Notes: generated by a model not told the origin, from the letters alone. A stretch of 64,000 nt of DNA from a virus (IMGVR_UViG_3300033066_002431:12579-76578), one strand, 5' to 3'; positions 18,477 to 29,115 are shown, counted from the first letter of the stretch. Numbers and translations are program-made.

Positions 18477-19177
18477 AGGCCGCTGACCACGTCGCCATCT
18501 CGGCCCCGCCGAAGGTCTTCGTGATGGGGCCGACGTGCTTCACCGACAAGTGGAACGCGCGGCCCATAAAGCCGCTCCACGTCGGGCTCCGTCGCATCCC
18601 CGCAGAAGACCGCGCGCGCTGCGACAGCGAGGCGATCAAGCGGGCGGACGCGCTCATGCCCGAGAGTCGCCGCATCCGCGAAGACCCGATGTGGCAGCGC
18701 ATCTACGAGGTGGTGTTCATTCACTACCTGATCGGGTTCGCGCTCTGCAATCCGGTCGACGCGAACAAGCCTCTCTGGCAGGCACAGAACGGACAGACGC
18801 TCATCAACGTGAAGTGGCTCGACTCCGGCGAGGTGCCCGAGACGAGCAAGATGGCGCGCTTCGCGGAGGAGTGCCCCGTGTCGAGCGCGCGCTTTTCGGA
18901 AGCTGGCATCGCACGACTACTCGACGAGATGGATCTGCTCGCGCAGGAAGACGCCGTCGCGCGCCGCATGGCCACTGACGAAGAGATGGTCGCTATCGGT
19001 GAGGCGTTCGCCGATGGGTCCTTCCTCGCTCGCCTGCGGGCAGCCGACAACGACGACGCGCGCGCCGTGGAAGCGCACCTGCGGATGTACGCGGGCGCGA
19101 TGCTGACGCTCATGGAGAACGGTCGCCAGGCTCCGATGCCGATCATCGGGAAAGAGGAAGAGCACAAGCGTGGCTGA
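18473..19177 (+). CDS. second tail-chaperone-like protein
   Basis: GTG start; blocks alignable by eye to 17790..18476 (VGLRRIPAEDRARC vs FALRLLTGEESRTV; EDPMWQ vs EDALYQ). Confidence 0.6.
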   Translation: MKAADHVAISAPPKVFVMGPTCFTDKWNARPIKPLHVGLRRIPAEDRARCDSEAIKRADALMPESRRIREDPMWQRIYEVVFIHYLIGFALCNPVDANKPLWQAQNGQTLINVKWLDSGEVPETSKMARFAEECPVSSARFSEAGIARLLDEMDLLAQEDAVARRMATDEEMVAIGEAFADGSFLARLRAADNDDARAVEAHLRMYAGAMLTLMENGRQAPMPIIGKEEEHKRG

Positions 19178-21437
19178 CACGGTCCGCACGTACGAGATCC
19201 GCGTCTCCGCGGTGCTCGATCGCAGCACGTCCGCGGCAGCCGCGGACTTCGTGCAGCAATTCGAGCGCGCGGGGAAAGCCTCGAACAAGCAGGCCAATGA
19301 AGGGCTCCGCGCCCAGCAGCGTGCGGCGGCCGAGCAGGCTCGGGCGGTCCAACACGTCGCCGGGATCAAGGACCGCTACTTTGCCTCCGAGCAGCGCGCT
19401 GAAGAGAAGAAGATCCGCGAACAGGTCTCCGCGCAGGAGAAGGCGACTCGCCACGTCGCCGGCATCAAAGACCGCTACTTCCGCGAGCAACAGCGGAACG
19501 AAGAGCGGGCCGAGCAGCAAGCCGCCCAGCGTGCGAAGAAGGCTCTCGACGAGCGCCGCGCGCAGGTGCGCCAGATCGCCAGCGACTCCATCTCGAACGT
19601 CGCGGCCGTCGCCAACAAGGCGATGGGCATCGGCAAAGAGATCGCCGGCGGACTCGGGGTCAACTTCGGGGTGGGCTCCGGCATCTCGAAGGCCGTCCAG
19701 CTCCAGAAGATGGCCGTCGCCATCGTCAACGCGGGCAACCGCGGCGCACAGGGAGAGGACCGCAACGGCCAAGTCCTCGCGCTCCAGGATCAGGCTCGGT
19801 CGATCGGCAACAAATACGCGTTCGACCCGACCAAGATGCTGGCCGGCTACGCGCAGTTCCAGGCAAAGACCGGCGACACGGCCACGGCGAGCGCTGGACT
19901 CGACAGGTTCGCGAAGCTCGCGAAGGGGATGAACGTCGAGCTCGACGACATGATCTCCATGGCCGGCGAGGTGTCTTCGAAGCTCGAAGACGGCTTCAAG
20001 CCAGGTGAGCAGCGGGCCGCGAAGGTCTACGAGGTGCTCAAGGCCATCACCGCGCAGGGGCAAGAAGGCGCGATCGAGATCAGCGACCTCGCGAAGGAAA
20101 CCGCCCGTATCGGTGGCGGCGCCGGGTTCTTCAAGGGCGATATCGGCAACACGATCGTCAAGCTCGGCACCCTCGCACAGCTTGCCCGCCAGACAGGCGG
20201 CGCGACCTCCGCAGCGGACGCTTCTCGCGCCGTGGCGGCGTTCGTCACGACCCTCAAGACGCCGGCTCGGCGCAAGGCGTTCGACGCCAACAACGTCGAG
20301 TACAAGAGCGCCGATGGGTCGTTCTTGGACCCGTTCACCATCATCAAAAACGCCCTGAAGGCGACCGGCGGCGACACCGAGAAGATGAACGAGATGTTCA
20401 AGTCTTCTCTCGGCACGAAGCCGGTCGACGCGCTCGCGAAGGAGTTCAAGGCTGGCGGTGGTGGGGATGCTGGCTTGGCGAAGGTGGACGCCTTGCTCGC
20501 CAAGTTCTCGGGCTCTGTCTCCGACAACGTCATCGACGAGAACGTGACCCGCGCGATGGGCACGATGGAGTCGAAGGCGCAGCTCTTCCAGAACAAGCTC
20601 GACGTCATCACGGCCAGCCTCGCAGACCGCGTGCTCCCCGCCTTTGAGCGTCTCGCGCCCACCGTCGAGAAGGCCGTCAAGGCGTTCGCCGATGTCGTCG
20701 CATGGGCCTCGGAGAACCCGGGCCGCGCCATCACGATGGCGATCGTGGGCAGCATCGGGAAGGCCACCATCGGCCCCATGGTGAGCAAGGCGCTCACCGA
20801 CATCATCGCGGGCCAGATGGGCGGCCCCGGTGCGCCAGGGGCCCCCTCCGCGGGCCGCACGATCGGTGGGATGCCAGTGGGGGCGAATGCGCTCGCGTCG
20901 GGCATGGCCATCGCCGCCATCGCGGTGACCACCTTCACGGTCGGCAGCATGATCGTGGACAAGCTTGTCGACTCCTCGAACAAGGCCGACACGGACCACC
21001 TGAACGACGACCTCAAGTCGATGGCCGGGGACAGCATCCTGAAGGGGATCCTGAAGACCGGACAAGCGACGGAGGCGGAGAAGGCCGCGGCGCAAGACTC
21101 CGTGGCTGCGCTCGAACGGCGCATCAAAGCGGCCAAGGCCGAAGACAACCAGATGATCGGCGGGACGTTCGGCGCGGCCCTGCGCGCGGGCGAGAACTAC
21201 GTCACCGGCAGCGGGCCGGATCTCTCGTCCATGCAGAAGGCCCAAGAGGACGCGAAGCCTGAAGTCATGGCGCGACTCGAAGAGGAGCTTGCGACGCAGA
21301 AGGCCGCTTTGGCGAAGATGAGCGATGGCCTGCTCAACGGCACGATCAAGATCGTCGGCAAGGTGGAAGTGACCAACGCGGGCGACTTCAGCGCAGGCGG
21401 CGGCGGGGGCACCACCGGCGTGCCGGATCACTCATGA
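19170..21437 (+). CDS. tape measure protein
   Basis: 755 aa, Ala-rich helical; QGQEGAIEISDLAK core; lies between the chaperones and the baseplate genes. Confidence 0.9.
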   Translation: MADTVRTYEIRVSAVLDRSTSAAAADFVQQFERAGKASNKQANEGLRAQQRAAAEQARAVQHVAGIKDRYFASEQRAEEKKIREQVSAQEKATRHVAGIKDRYFREQQRNEERAEQQAAQRAKKALDERRAQVRQIASDSISNVAAVANKAMGIGKEIAGGLGVNFGVGSGISKAVQLQKMAVAIVNAGNRGAQGEDRNGQVLALQDQARSIGNKYAFDPTKMLAGYAQFQAKTGDTATASAGLDRFAKLAKGMNVELDDMISMAGEVSSKLEDGFKPGEQRAAKVYEVLKAITAQGQEGAIEISDLAKETARIGGGAGFFKGDIGNTIVKLGTLAQLARQTGGATSAADASRAVAAFVTTLKTPARRKAFDANNVEYKSADGSFLDPFTIIKNALKATGGDTEKMNEMFKSSLGTKPVDALAKEFKAGGGGDAGLAKVDALLAKFSGSVSDNVIDENVTRAMGTMESKAQLFQNKLDVITASLADRVLPAFERLAPTVEKAVKAFADVVAWASENPGRAITMAIVGSIGKATIGPMVSKALTDIIAGQMGGPGAPGAPSAGRTIGGMPVGANALASGMAIAAIAVTTFTVGSMIVDKLVDSSNKADTDHLNDDLKSMAGDSILKGILKTGQATEAEKAAAQDSVAALERRIKAAKAEDNQMIGGTFGAALRAGENYVTGSGPDLSSMQKAQEDAKPEVMARLEEELATQKAALAKMSDGLLNGTIKIVGKVEVTNAGDFSAGGGGGTTGVPDHS

Positions 21438-22342
21438 CTGACGTCTTCGACAACTGGAAACAGCTCTCTTACGGGGGCATCGTCTTTCCGTTCACGGACA
21501 TCACGATCAAGGGCTCGCTCCGCCACTACCTGCACGAGTTCATCAAGCGGCCGGGGGGCGAGGTCGAGACCCTCGCTCGCAAGGCGTACGTGATCAGCGT
21601 GAAGTGCGAGATGATCGACACGGTCATCCCCGTGAACGGCTTCGCTCGATACATCGACCTCTACCCGTCGCGCCTCTCCGCGCTCATCTCCCTCTGCGAG
21701 CAGGGCGAGCCACAAGACCTCTTCCTGCCGAACCAGGGCAAGACGCTGCGCTGCAAGGCGACCGACTGGACGCGGAGCATCTCGGCGTCGCGGCGCTCCG
21801 GCGAGAGCGTCTCGTTCGAATTTCTCGAGGACAGCACCGAGGCCTTCACCACGCTCAACCTCATCGGTGCGACGTCGGCCTCGATCGTCCCGTTGATGGC
21901 CGTCGTCCAGCGCGAGGTGGAAGCGCTCAACGACCCGCGCACGAAGGACCCGCTGGCGAAGCTCATCGACGCCGTGAACAGCTACTTGGATGCGGTCGAC
22001 CGGGTGACCGGAGAGATCGACTACCAGACGGCGCGCATCGACATGGTCGTCACCCGCTGTGCGGCGCTAGCTGCGGTGCCCACGCTCGGCATGGCGACGG
22101 CTGCGAAGGCGCTCCGCTCCCTGACGCGCTTCTGGGCCACGACGGTGCGTGTGAGGGACGCCCACGCGTCGGCCTCGCGCCCGCTGCTCAACTTCGTGAC
22201 GGACCGGCCGATGAACATCATCGACGTGGCCATCGCGCTCGGCGACCCGACCAAGGCGATCGAGCTTCTCCGCCTGAACGACCTCAACGACGCGATGAAC
22301 ATCCCCCGCAACACCGAGCTTCGCTACCTGGCGGCCGCCTGA
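21434..22342 (+). CDS. Mu gpN-like tail protein (DNA circularisation N-domain family)
   Basis: WKQLSYGGIVFPF...RHYLHEFIKRPGGEVETLARK; LysM-like C-terminal segment. Confidence 0.8.
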   Translation: MTDVFDNWKQLSYGGIVFPFTDITIKGSLRHYLHEFIKRPGGEVETLARKAYVISVKCEMIDTVIPVNGFARYIDLYPSRLSALISLCEQGEPQDLFLPNQGKTLRCKATDWTRSISASRRSGESVSFEFLEDSTEAFTTLNLIGATSASIVPLMAVVQREVEALNDPRTKDPLAKLIDAVNSYLDAVDRVTGEIDYQTARIDMVVTRCAALAAVPTLGMATAAKALRSLTRFWATTVRVRDAHASASRPLLNFVTDRPMNIIDVAIALGDPTKAIELLRLNDLNDAMNIPRNTELRYLAAA

Positions 22343-23691
22343 TGGAAGACATTGTCGAGCTGATCCTCGCCGGTGAGACGCTGGTGACGGCGAAGGAGTA
22401 CGTCATCACGCTCGGCGTGATGATGGTGCCGAACAACTTCTCCATCGTCATCGGCACGGGGACCAGCGCGCTCGCGCTCATGCGCAAGTACCCCGCGGGC
22501 ACGCCGTTCGTGCTGAAGATCAACGGCGTCGTCCAGTTCATGGGGTGGACCGACGGCTACGAGCGGCCGAAGGGCGAGCACACCGAGATCCACATCACGG
22601 GGCGCGACCGCATGGCGCAACTGCTCGACGATTGCGTGGAGCACGATCGCACGTTCACGAACGCCACCTTCGAAGACCTCGCGCGGGCGATGATCACGGG
22701 CTCCGGCATCACGAGCTACCAACTCAACTTCGACGCTCGCGCGCAGGCGAAGGCCATCACGGGGACGCCCATCGTCGAAGAAACCAAGGTCTACGAGAAG
22801 CAGCTCCTCGACTTCAACCAAATCTTCGCGATCGACTCGTCGGGCTTCCCACCCGGCACCGACCTCAACTTCGCGCCGTACGACGTGCGGAAGAAGGAGG
22901 ACATCACGGTCGACGTCGAGAAGGTCGTCAAGAAGATCAAGGGGTACAAGGCCGAGAAGCCGATCGAGTGGAAGGCGGGTACGACCTTCTACGCCGCCGG
23001 CAAGAAGGAGTTCGACCGCGGGGGCCTGTTCTTCCGAGGCGGCGTCGATCCGCTCGGCAAGCAGCCCAACACCTTCTTGCTCGCCGAGCCGAACGCGGCC
23101 CAAGAGCCGCTCTTCGGACTGGTCTGCACGCGCGAGCCGAACCCAGCCGACAACCTGATCAACGTCATGCCCCCGCACATCACCGACAGCGTCGTGGGGC
23201 GGCACGCGAAGTACATCGTGCGGGGGCGCACCGGCGGCGGCAAGAAGGGCCGCGAGCCCGTCGAAGGCGTCTACATCGATCAGCAGATGGTCGACCTCGG
23301 CTTCACCACGCGCCGAGTTGTGGTGGACGACCACGCGAAGACGAACGCGCAGGCGCTCTACCTCGCTCGGAAGCTCTGCACCGAAGCGAGGCGCATGCAC
23401 CGCGTCTTCACGTACCACATGCCCCGCCAGCACACGGGGCCGATGCTTCGCGACCCATCGCGGCGCGCCATTCTCGCTCCCGACATCTGCGTTTCGCTGA
23501 AGGACGACGAGAACGGCATGGAGGGGGTGTTCTACAGCGAACGCGTCCGGCACATGGCGAGCGCGAACGGGCCCACCGGTACGGACATCACGATCATGGT
23601 GCCGGAAGACCTCGTGTACGGAGACGCCGAGTTCCTGGCGAACGCCACTCGCAAGGTGAGCGGCCGACACTGGGGAAAGAAGAAGCGATAA
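22342..23691 (+). CDS. baseplate hub (Mu gpP/gp44-like)
   Basis: ATG at 22342; NNFSIVIG...FVLKINGVVQFMGWTD...ITGRDRMAQLLD. Confidence 0.8.
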   Translation: MEDIVELILAGETLVTAKEYVITLGVMMVPNNFSIVIGTGTSALALMRKYPAGTPFVLKINGVVQFMGWTDGYERPKGEHTEIHITGRDRMAQLLDDCVEHDRTFTNATFEDLARAMITGSGITSYQLNFDARAQAKAITGTPIVEETKVYEKQLLDFNQIFAIDSSGFPPGTDLNFAPYDVRKKEDITVDVEKVVKKIKGYKAEKPIEWKAGTTFYAAGKKEFDRGGLFFRGGVDPLGKQPNTFLLAEPNAAQEPLFGLVCTREPNPADNLINVMPPHITDSVVGRHAKYIVRGRTGGGKKGREPVEGVYIDQQMVDLGFTTRRVVVDDHAKTNAQALYLARKLCTEARRMHRVFTYHMPRQHTGPMLRDPSRRAILAPDICVSLKDDENGMEGVFYSERVRHMASANGPTGTDITIMVPEDLVYGDAEFLANATRKVSGRHWGKKKR

Positions 23692-24314
23692 TGGACTTCG
23701 ACCTCTCCCGGCACACCGTTGCACTTCGCGATGAGGACGGCTTCGTGCGCGTCCAGCCGGAGGCTACCAGCACCGAGGGCACGCGCGACAACTACGAGGC
23801 GCTGCTTCACGCGGGCGTCATCGCGCGGCCGAAGGACCCCACCGACGGCACTGGCGCCAATCTGCTCGTGATGCGCCAGGGCGACGACGGGCGCGTGTTC
23901 ATCGGACACGACCCGCGCTGGATGGGAGTCCTCCCCGACTTCGGAGACGGCGGCACCGCGCTCTACGCCACCACCGAGATGAGCGGCGCGAAGAAGACCC
24001 CGTTCATTGGCTTCTTCGGCTCGGGCGGCGCGGAGGACGAAGGCACCTTCAAGATCGATGTCCCGACCGCCGCGGGGACGGCGACGGTCGTCATCAACGC
24101 CGAGACGGGCGACCTCACCATCACGCACCCGAGCGGTACCGTCGCCATCGTGAAGAGCACCGGCGTAGAGCTCGGCGCGGCCGGCGGCATGGCCCTCGTG
24201 AAAGAGCCGATCATGGTCGCGGCGTGGTCGACCTTGCAGGGCGTGATCACGAGCCTCGGAAAGACGCTTCCGCCCCTCACCGGCGCGGGCACCACCCTGG
24301 TGAAGGGCACGTGA
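23691..24314 (+). CDS. baseplate spike (Mu gp45-like)
   Basis: ATG overlaps the upstream TAA; LHAGVIARP...GDDGRVFIGHDPR...GGTALY. Confidence 0.75.
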   Translation: MDFDLSRHTVALRDEDGFVRVQPEATSTEGTRDNYEALLHAGVIARPKDPTDGTGANLLVMRQGDDGRVFIGHDPRWMGVLPDFGDGGTALYATTEMSGAKKTPFIGFFGSGGAEDEGTFKIDVPTAAGTATVVINAETGDLTITHPSGTVAIVKSTGVELGAAGGMALVKEPIMVAAWSTLQGVITSLGKTLPPLTGAGTTLVKGT

Positions 24315-24742
24315 GCGGCGCGGGCGACTCTGGCGCGGGCTACTACGGCGCCGGCAACAACCCTCCGACGGGGAGCGAAGCGGCGAACGCTGCGCGCGTG
24401 CCGACGGGCCTCTACCTCGACTTGTCTGTGATGGACTTCCCGCTCGACGAGAACGGTCGGTACGTCGTGATCCACAACGTGGATCACCTCGCGCTGATGC
24501 TCATCGGGCCGGCGAACCCGCTTTGGAAAGAGCTTCCCGTCTCGGACGAAGACGACATGACGAGGCGCGCGGAAGAGATCGTCCGCGCGCGCTGGGTGAA
24601 GCTCATCGCGAACGGGGACATCAAGGACATCGTGGTGCGGGCGACACCTCGCGCGAACGGTGGGGCGACGGTCTACGTACAGTTCTTCAACACGCGTGAT
24701 CCGGCCGCGAAGGCGAACAGCAAATACAAGGTGAACCTCTGA
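24311..24742 (+). CDS. baseplate wedge protein (gp46/gp25-like)
   Basis: GTG at 24311; EIVRARWVKLIANGDIKDI...VYVQFFN. Confidence 0.6.
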   Translation: MSGAGDSGAGYYGAGNNPPTGSEAANAARVPTGLYLDLSVMDFPLDENGRYVVIHNVDHLALMLIGPANPLWKELPVSDEDDMTRRAEEIVRARWVKLIANGDIKDIVVRATPRANGGATVYVQFFNTRDPAAKANSKYKVNL

Positions 24743-26280
24743 TGGCCGAGATCGATATCATCCTGCCGGAGCTGGACGACATCGCCGCGGACTTCCGCGA
24801 CGCGTGGCAGGTGCGCGGCGAAGCGGCCAATCCTCCGCGCATCATCGACGTGAGCGAGGGCACGTTGCCCCACAAGGCCTCGCTCGCCACGGCGACGGTG
24901 ACACTACCGTTCTACTACAACCACAACACCATCGCGCGCAGCTTCATCGTGCGCGGCATGACGGGGGACCGGCTCGAGGCCTACGCGCGCGAGAGGCTCC
25001 TCCCGAACGATGACGGCACGATCCGTCTCCCGGCAACGGGCGGCAGCGGCTACTTCGAAGCCACGAAGATCGCCGCAGGCGGCGCCTCCATCCTGCAAGG
25101 CACGGTGGTGCTTCACCGTGCGTCGAGCACCCGGTATCAGGTGGTAGTCTCCGCCACGTATTACGACGGCGACCCCATCCCGATTCAGGGCATCTCGACG
25201 GGGGCGAGTACCAACCTGGATGCGGACGAGCCGCTCGTCTTCGACTCTCCGCCGGCGGGCTGCTCGCAAGGCGGGCTCGTGCTTGCGCAGAACGACGGCA
25301 CGGGCGTCTTGGTGGGCCTCACGGGCGGCCGAGAGGCGGAGACGGACCCCGAACTGCAAGACCGCGTCATCGAAGCGCAGAGCGAGCCTCCGGCCGCCGG
25401 CAACAGCGCGGAGATCGTCCAGAAGGCGCAGAAGACCGGCGGCGTCCCTGTCCAGAAGGCCTTCGCGATTCCCGCGTGGTTTGGCCCCGGAGCGACGAGC
25501 GTCCCGTTCATCCTGCGGCCCGATTCGTCGATCACGCGCATCCCGAACAGCACGCAGATCGGGCTCGTCGAAACGAACCTCCGTGCGAGCTTCCCCACCG
25601 ACTACTCGATCACGGTTCCGATCGTGTTGCCGCAGAACTTCACGATCGCGATCGGCGTGACTTGGCTGAACGCGGCGCGCGGCTTCACGGACCTCGTTCC
25701 CTGGCCGGAGTACATCCCCGGCGATCCGGTCGTGGTGGACGCGGGGGTGACGCCGTCTTCGTACGCGCTGCGCGCCACCACGGGGACCGACACGACCGCT
25801 CCCCAGGTGGGGCAGACCGTCGCGCTCTACGACCTCACCGCGCGCCGCTTCCGCCGCAAACGCATCGCGACGGTCACCGAGGTGGTGGCCGATCGAAGCT
25901 GGGATCTGACTTTCTCGACGACGCTCGGCGCGTCGGAGGTGTTCGTCCCCTCGGAGAACGCGCTCCTCTCGCCCTTCTCGTCGAGCATGCAGCGGCTCGT
26001 CGCTCCGATCGTCGACTACACGCGCACGCTCGGCCCCGGCGAGCAATTCGCCTCGCTGCCCGACCCTGGAGGCCGCAGGCGGCGTTGGCCGTTCTCCCCT
26101 GATGCGTGGCCCAGCACCGTGACGAACGAGGGCCTGGTGAACGCGGCGAAGCTCGGCGGGGCCATCTCGGACAGCGAGGTGCTCCTGCCGGCCGTGCCGT
26201 TCGCCACCACGGTGGGGACGCCCGGCGTGAGCGTGTACCTCCTCCAACTCGCCGATCTCGGCATCTTCAAGCAGACGTGA
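24742..26280 (+). CDS. baseplate J-like protein (Mu gp47)
   Basis: MTGDRLEAYA, GGREAETDPELQDRV, PPAAGN motifs. Confidence 0.85.
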   Translation: MAEIDIILPELDDIAADFRDAWQVRGEAANPPRIIDVSEGTLPHKASLATATVTLPFYYNHNTIARSFIVRGMTGDRLEAYARERLLPNDDGTIRLPATGGSGYFEATKIAAGGASILQGTVVLHRASSTRYQVVVSATYYDGDPIPIQGISTGASTNLDADEPLVFDSPPAGCSQGGLVLAQNDGTGVLVGLTGGREAETDPELQDRVIEAQSEPPAAGNSAEIVQKAQKTGGVPVQKAFAIPAWFGPGATSVPFILRPDSSITRIPNSTQIGLVETNLRASFPTDYSITVPIVLPQNFTIAIGVTWLNAARGFTDLVPWPEYIPGDPVVVDAGVTPSSYALRATTGTDTTAPQVGQTVALYDLTARRFRRKRIATVTEVVADRSWDLTFSTTLGASEVFVPSENALLSPFSSSMQRLVAPIVDYTRTLGPGEQFASLPDPGGRRRRWPFSPDAWPSTVTNEGLVNAAKLGGAISDSEVLLPAVPFATTVGTPGVSVYLLQLADLGIFKQT

Positions 26281-26286
26281 GGCACC

Positions 26287-26790
26287 ATGGGCGCGCCCGA
26301 TAACAAGTACACCTACGAGCTCGAGATCGCCGATGGCGGTCCGCACCGCCCGGACCTCGCCGACCTCGGAGGAGCGGACTTCCAAGACCGCGTGGGGAGC
26401 CCTCCGAAGAAGGGGCGCGACCCGTACGCCGGCCTCTACTGCGAGACGGCGCGCAACCTCGCCGGACTCAACCGCGTGGGGTGGGTCTGCGGCTTGTGGA
26501 TCGAGTGGGATAGCGGCCTGAGCGAGTGGAGCGTCATCCATGCCGCGGCGATGGCGAGCGAGACGTGGCTCACCGAGGAGAGCTTCACCGTCACCCCCGG
26601 CCCGACCGGCACCGTCACGGTGTCGTGGGACGCGGGGCTCCTCCCCGCGCTGGCGCGCAAGCCCATCGTCGAGATGACGGACGGCTTCGAGCGCGGCTAC
26701 GGCACGATCGATGGGACCAGCGTGATCGTGCGCATTCACGACGAAGCGGGCAGCAACGCGAACGCGAACTTCGTGCTCTGGATCGGATAA
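26287..26790 (+). CDS. baseplate-associated hypothetical protein
   Basis: 167-aa ORF in the operon after baseplate J. Confidence 0.6.
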   Translation: MGAPDNKYTYELEIADGGPHRPDLADLGGADFQDRVGSPPKKGRDPYAGLYCETARNLAGLNRVGWVCGLWIEWDSGLSEWSVIHAAAMASETWLTEESFTVTPGPTGTVTVSWDAGLLPALARKPIVEMTDGFERGYGTIDGTSVIVRIHDEAGSNANANFVLWIG

Positions 26791-27783
26791 GTGCAGCCCT
26801 CCCTCTTCACTTCCGGCGGCCTGCTTCTCCTGAGCGGCGAGAAGCCCAGCGCGGAGATGCTCCACGAGACGATCGTGCGGTTGCTCTCCACGGGCGAGCC
26901 TGGCGATCTGTCCACCGAGGTGGGGTCGTGGGTGGACTGCTTCGCGTTCGCGCTGGCGACGGTGCTCGCGCGCGTTCAGGTGCGGCAGCGCCAGCTCAAC
27001 GAAGAGCGGCTCGCCGTCGGGGCGTACGAGCTTCTCGCGGCGTTGGAGGAGGAGTTCGGTCTCAGTTCAGGGCCGGAGGACACCATCGCGCAGCGGCAAG
27101 CGGCGCTCCTCGCAGCCGGCAAGGCCGCGCTCGGCAGCCGGCGTCCCGCGCTCGAACAGGCGCTTGCCGATCTGCTCGGCGACGACTTCATCGGGATCCA
27201 CGTGCCCGACCCGGCGAGCGAGGTCGACATCTGGCCGGCGGACCTCGGGGACGACCCGCAGCTTCTTGCGGAGGCCGACATCCCCCGCAAGCTCGTGGAG
27301 CTGCCAAACAGCATCTCGACGGGCCTCGGGGCGGCGCAGTACGTGGCCTACGTGCCGCTCGCGCCCACGACGACGGACGGATCGCACACGCTGCTCGTGG
27401 GTGACCAGATCGTGGTGGGGGTCGACAACCTTGGACTCGCCGAGACGGTCACCATCACGGCACTTGCGACCGATGGCGACACCCTCCTTTTCGAGGCGGT
27501 GCTGAACAACGCGCACGACAGCGGATCGCTGGCCGTGGCGATGCCCTTCCCGGCGTGGGGGAGCGCGCAACGGCACATCTTCGTGGTGCTCACCGAGGCG
27601 GCTGCGCTGGACGCGGAAAAGCGCCGCAAGACGCACGTGCTCATGGCCAAGACCGTGACGGGGATCACCACGTGGTCGATCTCCCCGGAGAGCGCGGCGG
27701 GGCAGGCGGGACCGTGGACGCTGGATGACCCCGTGCTCGGGGCGCTCGACTTCAACCCGATGGACGTCATCACCGTCCCGTAA
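26791..27783 (+). CDS. baseplate wedge/tail protein I-like (Mu gp48 / DUF2313-like)
   Basis: ELLAALEEEFGL...TIAQRQAALLA motif; position before the tail fibre. Confidence 0.7.
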   Translation: MQPSLFTSGGLLLLSGEKPSAEMLHETIVRLLSTGEPGDLSTEVGSWVDCFAFALATVLARVQVRQRQLNEERLAVGAYELLAALEEEFGLSSGPEDTIAQRQAALLAAGKAALGSRRPALEQALADLLGDDFIGIHVPDPASEVDIWPADLGDDPQLLAEADIPRKLVELPNSISTGLGAAQYVAYVPLAPTTTDGSHTLLVGDQIVVGVDNLGLAETVTITALATDGDTLLFEAVLNNAHDSGSLAVAMPFPAWGSAQRHIFVVLTEAAALDAEKRRKTHVLMAKTVTGITTWSISPESAAGQAGPWTLDDPVLGALDFNPMDVITVP

Positions 27784-27789
27784 GGACCT

Positions 27790-29115
27790 ATGGGCCACTT
27801 CACCTATCCCGCCGGCACGCCGCTCGGCACCGTCCCCTTCGGTTACGTCGTGCCGTCTGCCGAGTGGCAGTCGACCATCCGGCAAATTTTCAAGGCCATC
27901 AACGGCGACGAGGGCGGCACGTGGGCGCCGTCCAGCTTCATCGTGGTGGGTGGGTCCGGCTTCTCCCTCACGGGGACCGGACATCAGATCGCAGCGAGCG
28001 CGCGGCTCACCGTCCAGAGCACCGGCGAGATCCGCGTGGCCAACGGTGGCCTGATGCGGCTCGACGGCTCGGGCGGCGACATCCTGATGAAGGTGGCGTC
28101 CAACATCGCCACGATCGAGGTGGAGAGCGGCGCCGTCGTGCAGGTGAACGCGGGCGGTGCGCTCGACGTGTACGGCTCGGCCACCTTCAAGTCGGGCGGC
28201 ACCGGGCAGTGGGAGAGCGGCTCCAACGCCACCTTCCTCTCGGGCTCCACGTTCACCCTGGCGAGCGGGGCGACGGCCAACCTGACCGGCAGCACGCTCG
28301 TGCGTGGCACGTTGACGATCAAGGCCAGCGGCGGCCCTGGCAGCCTCGTGATCGAGGCCGGCACCACCAACCCGTTCGCCGGCCTCATTCAACTGCTGTC
28401 GACGTCGGAGTTGCGGTTCACCGCGGGCTCAGCGCTCACCGGCACGATCGAGGTGAGCGGCGACACGTCGTCGATCACGCTCAAAGACGGCATGACCCTC
28501 ACCGCAGAAGCGGGCGCCGATGGCGACTGGGATGGGACGTGGGTCTTCCGGGGGACGTCGATGACGCTCGCCGAAGGGCTCGACGTCACGCTGTCACCGG
28601 CCCGCTCGTGGACGCGGCGCGGGTATCGGGTGGCAGCGACGACCTATAACGCGAGCCTTGCGGCCGCAATCGGCGATGCCTTCTCGAGCGTCTACACGAG
28701 CACGCCAACCATCCTTCTGAATGGGAGTATTTCGTCCATCACTCAGAAGGCGATCATCGAGATCGAGACTCCACCAGATGGCGCTACTGCGGTGAGCGTC
28801 AGCGTGAAGTGCCAGGGACTCACGTCCGAAGCGATCACGGCCACGCCGACATACCGGCTGATTCGATGGCAGGGCAGTCTCACCGGCGCGACCTCGAACA
28901 TGTCCGCCATCGCGACGGACGTTCACGACGGCACGGCGCCCAACTGGGTCACGACCGAAACAACGACGTTCGTCGTCACCGCAAACGCCACCATCGACAG
29001 GACGTATCGCTATGGCGTGCTCGTCACGTTCCCGGTCAACTCGACGGGTGACACGTCGATGGCAGAACTCGACATCGAGTTGACCGGAACGACGACAACG
29101 ATCACGGGGAGGTAA
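27790..29115 (+). CDS. tail fibre protein
   Basis: 441 aa, Gly/Ser/Thr-rich; KAINGDEGGTWAPSS N-terminal motif. Confidence 0.75.
   Translation: MGHFTYPAGTPLGTVPFGYVVPSAEWQSTIRQIFKAINGDEGGTWAPSSFIVVGGSGFSLTGTGHQIAASARLTVQSTGEIRVANGGLMRLDGSGGDILMKVASNIATIEVESGAVVQVNAGGALDVYGSATFKSGGTGQWESGSNATFLSGSTFTLASGATANLTGSTLVRGTLTIKASGGPGSLVIEAGTTNPFAGLIQLLSTSELRFTAGSALTGTIEVSGDTSSITLKDGMTLTAEAGADGDWDGTWVFRGTSMTLAEGLDVTLSPARSWTRRGYRVAATTYNASLAAAIGDAFSSVYTSTPTILLNGSISSITQKAIIEIETPPDGATAVSVSVKCQGLTSEAITATPTYRLIRWQGSLTGATSNMSAIATDVHDGTAPNWVTTETTTFVVTANATIDRTYRYGVLVTFPVNSTGDTSMAELDIELTGTTTTITGR

Noticed and set aside
19353-19481. HVAGIKDRYF duplication, 99 nt apart, in the tape measure gene
   Set aside because: Ordinary internal repeat of a tape measure protein.
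21434-22342. Mu-type transposable phage inferred from Mu-like tail genes
   Set aside because: No transposase A/B or Mu ends are seen; Mu-like baseplate genes are common in non-transposing myoviruses.
15662-26865. Long antisense ORFs (15662..17947, 19143..21431, 24904..26865 and similar)
   Set aside because: Shadow frames of high-GC genes: Arg/Ala/Gly-rich, no motifs, and fully overlapping well-supported structural genes.
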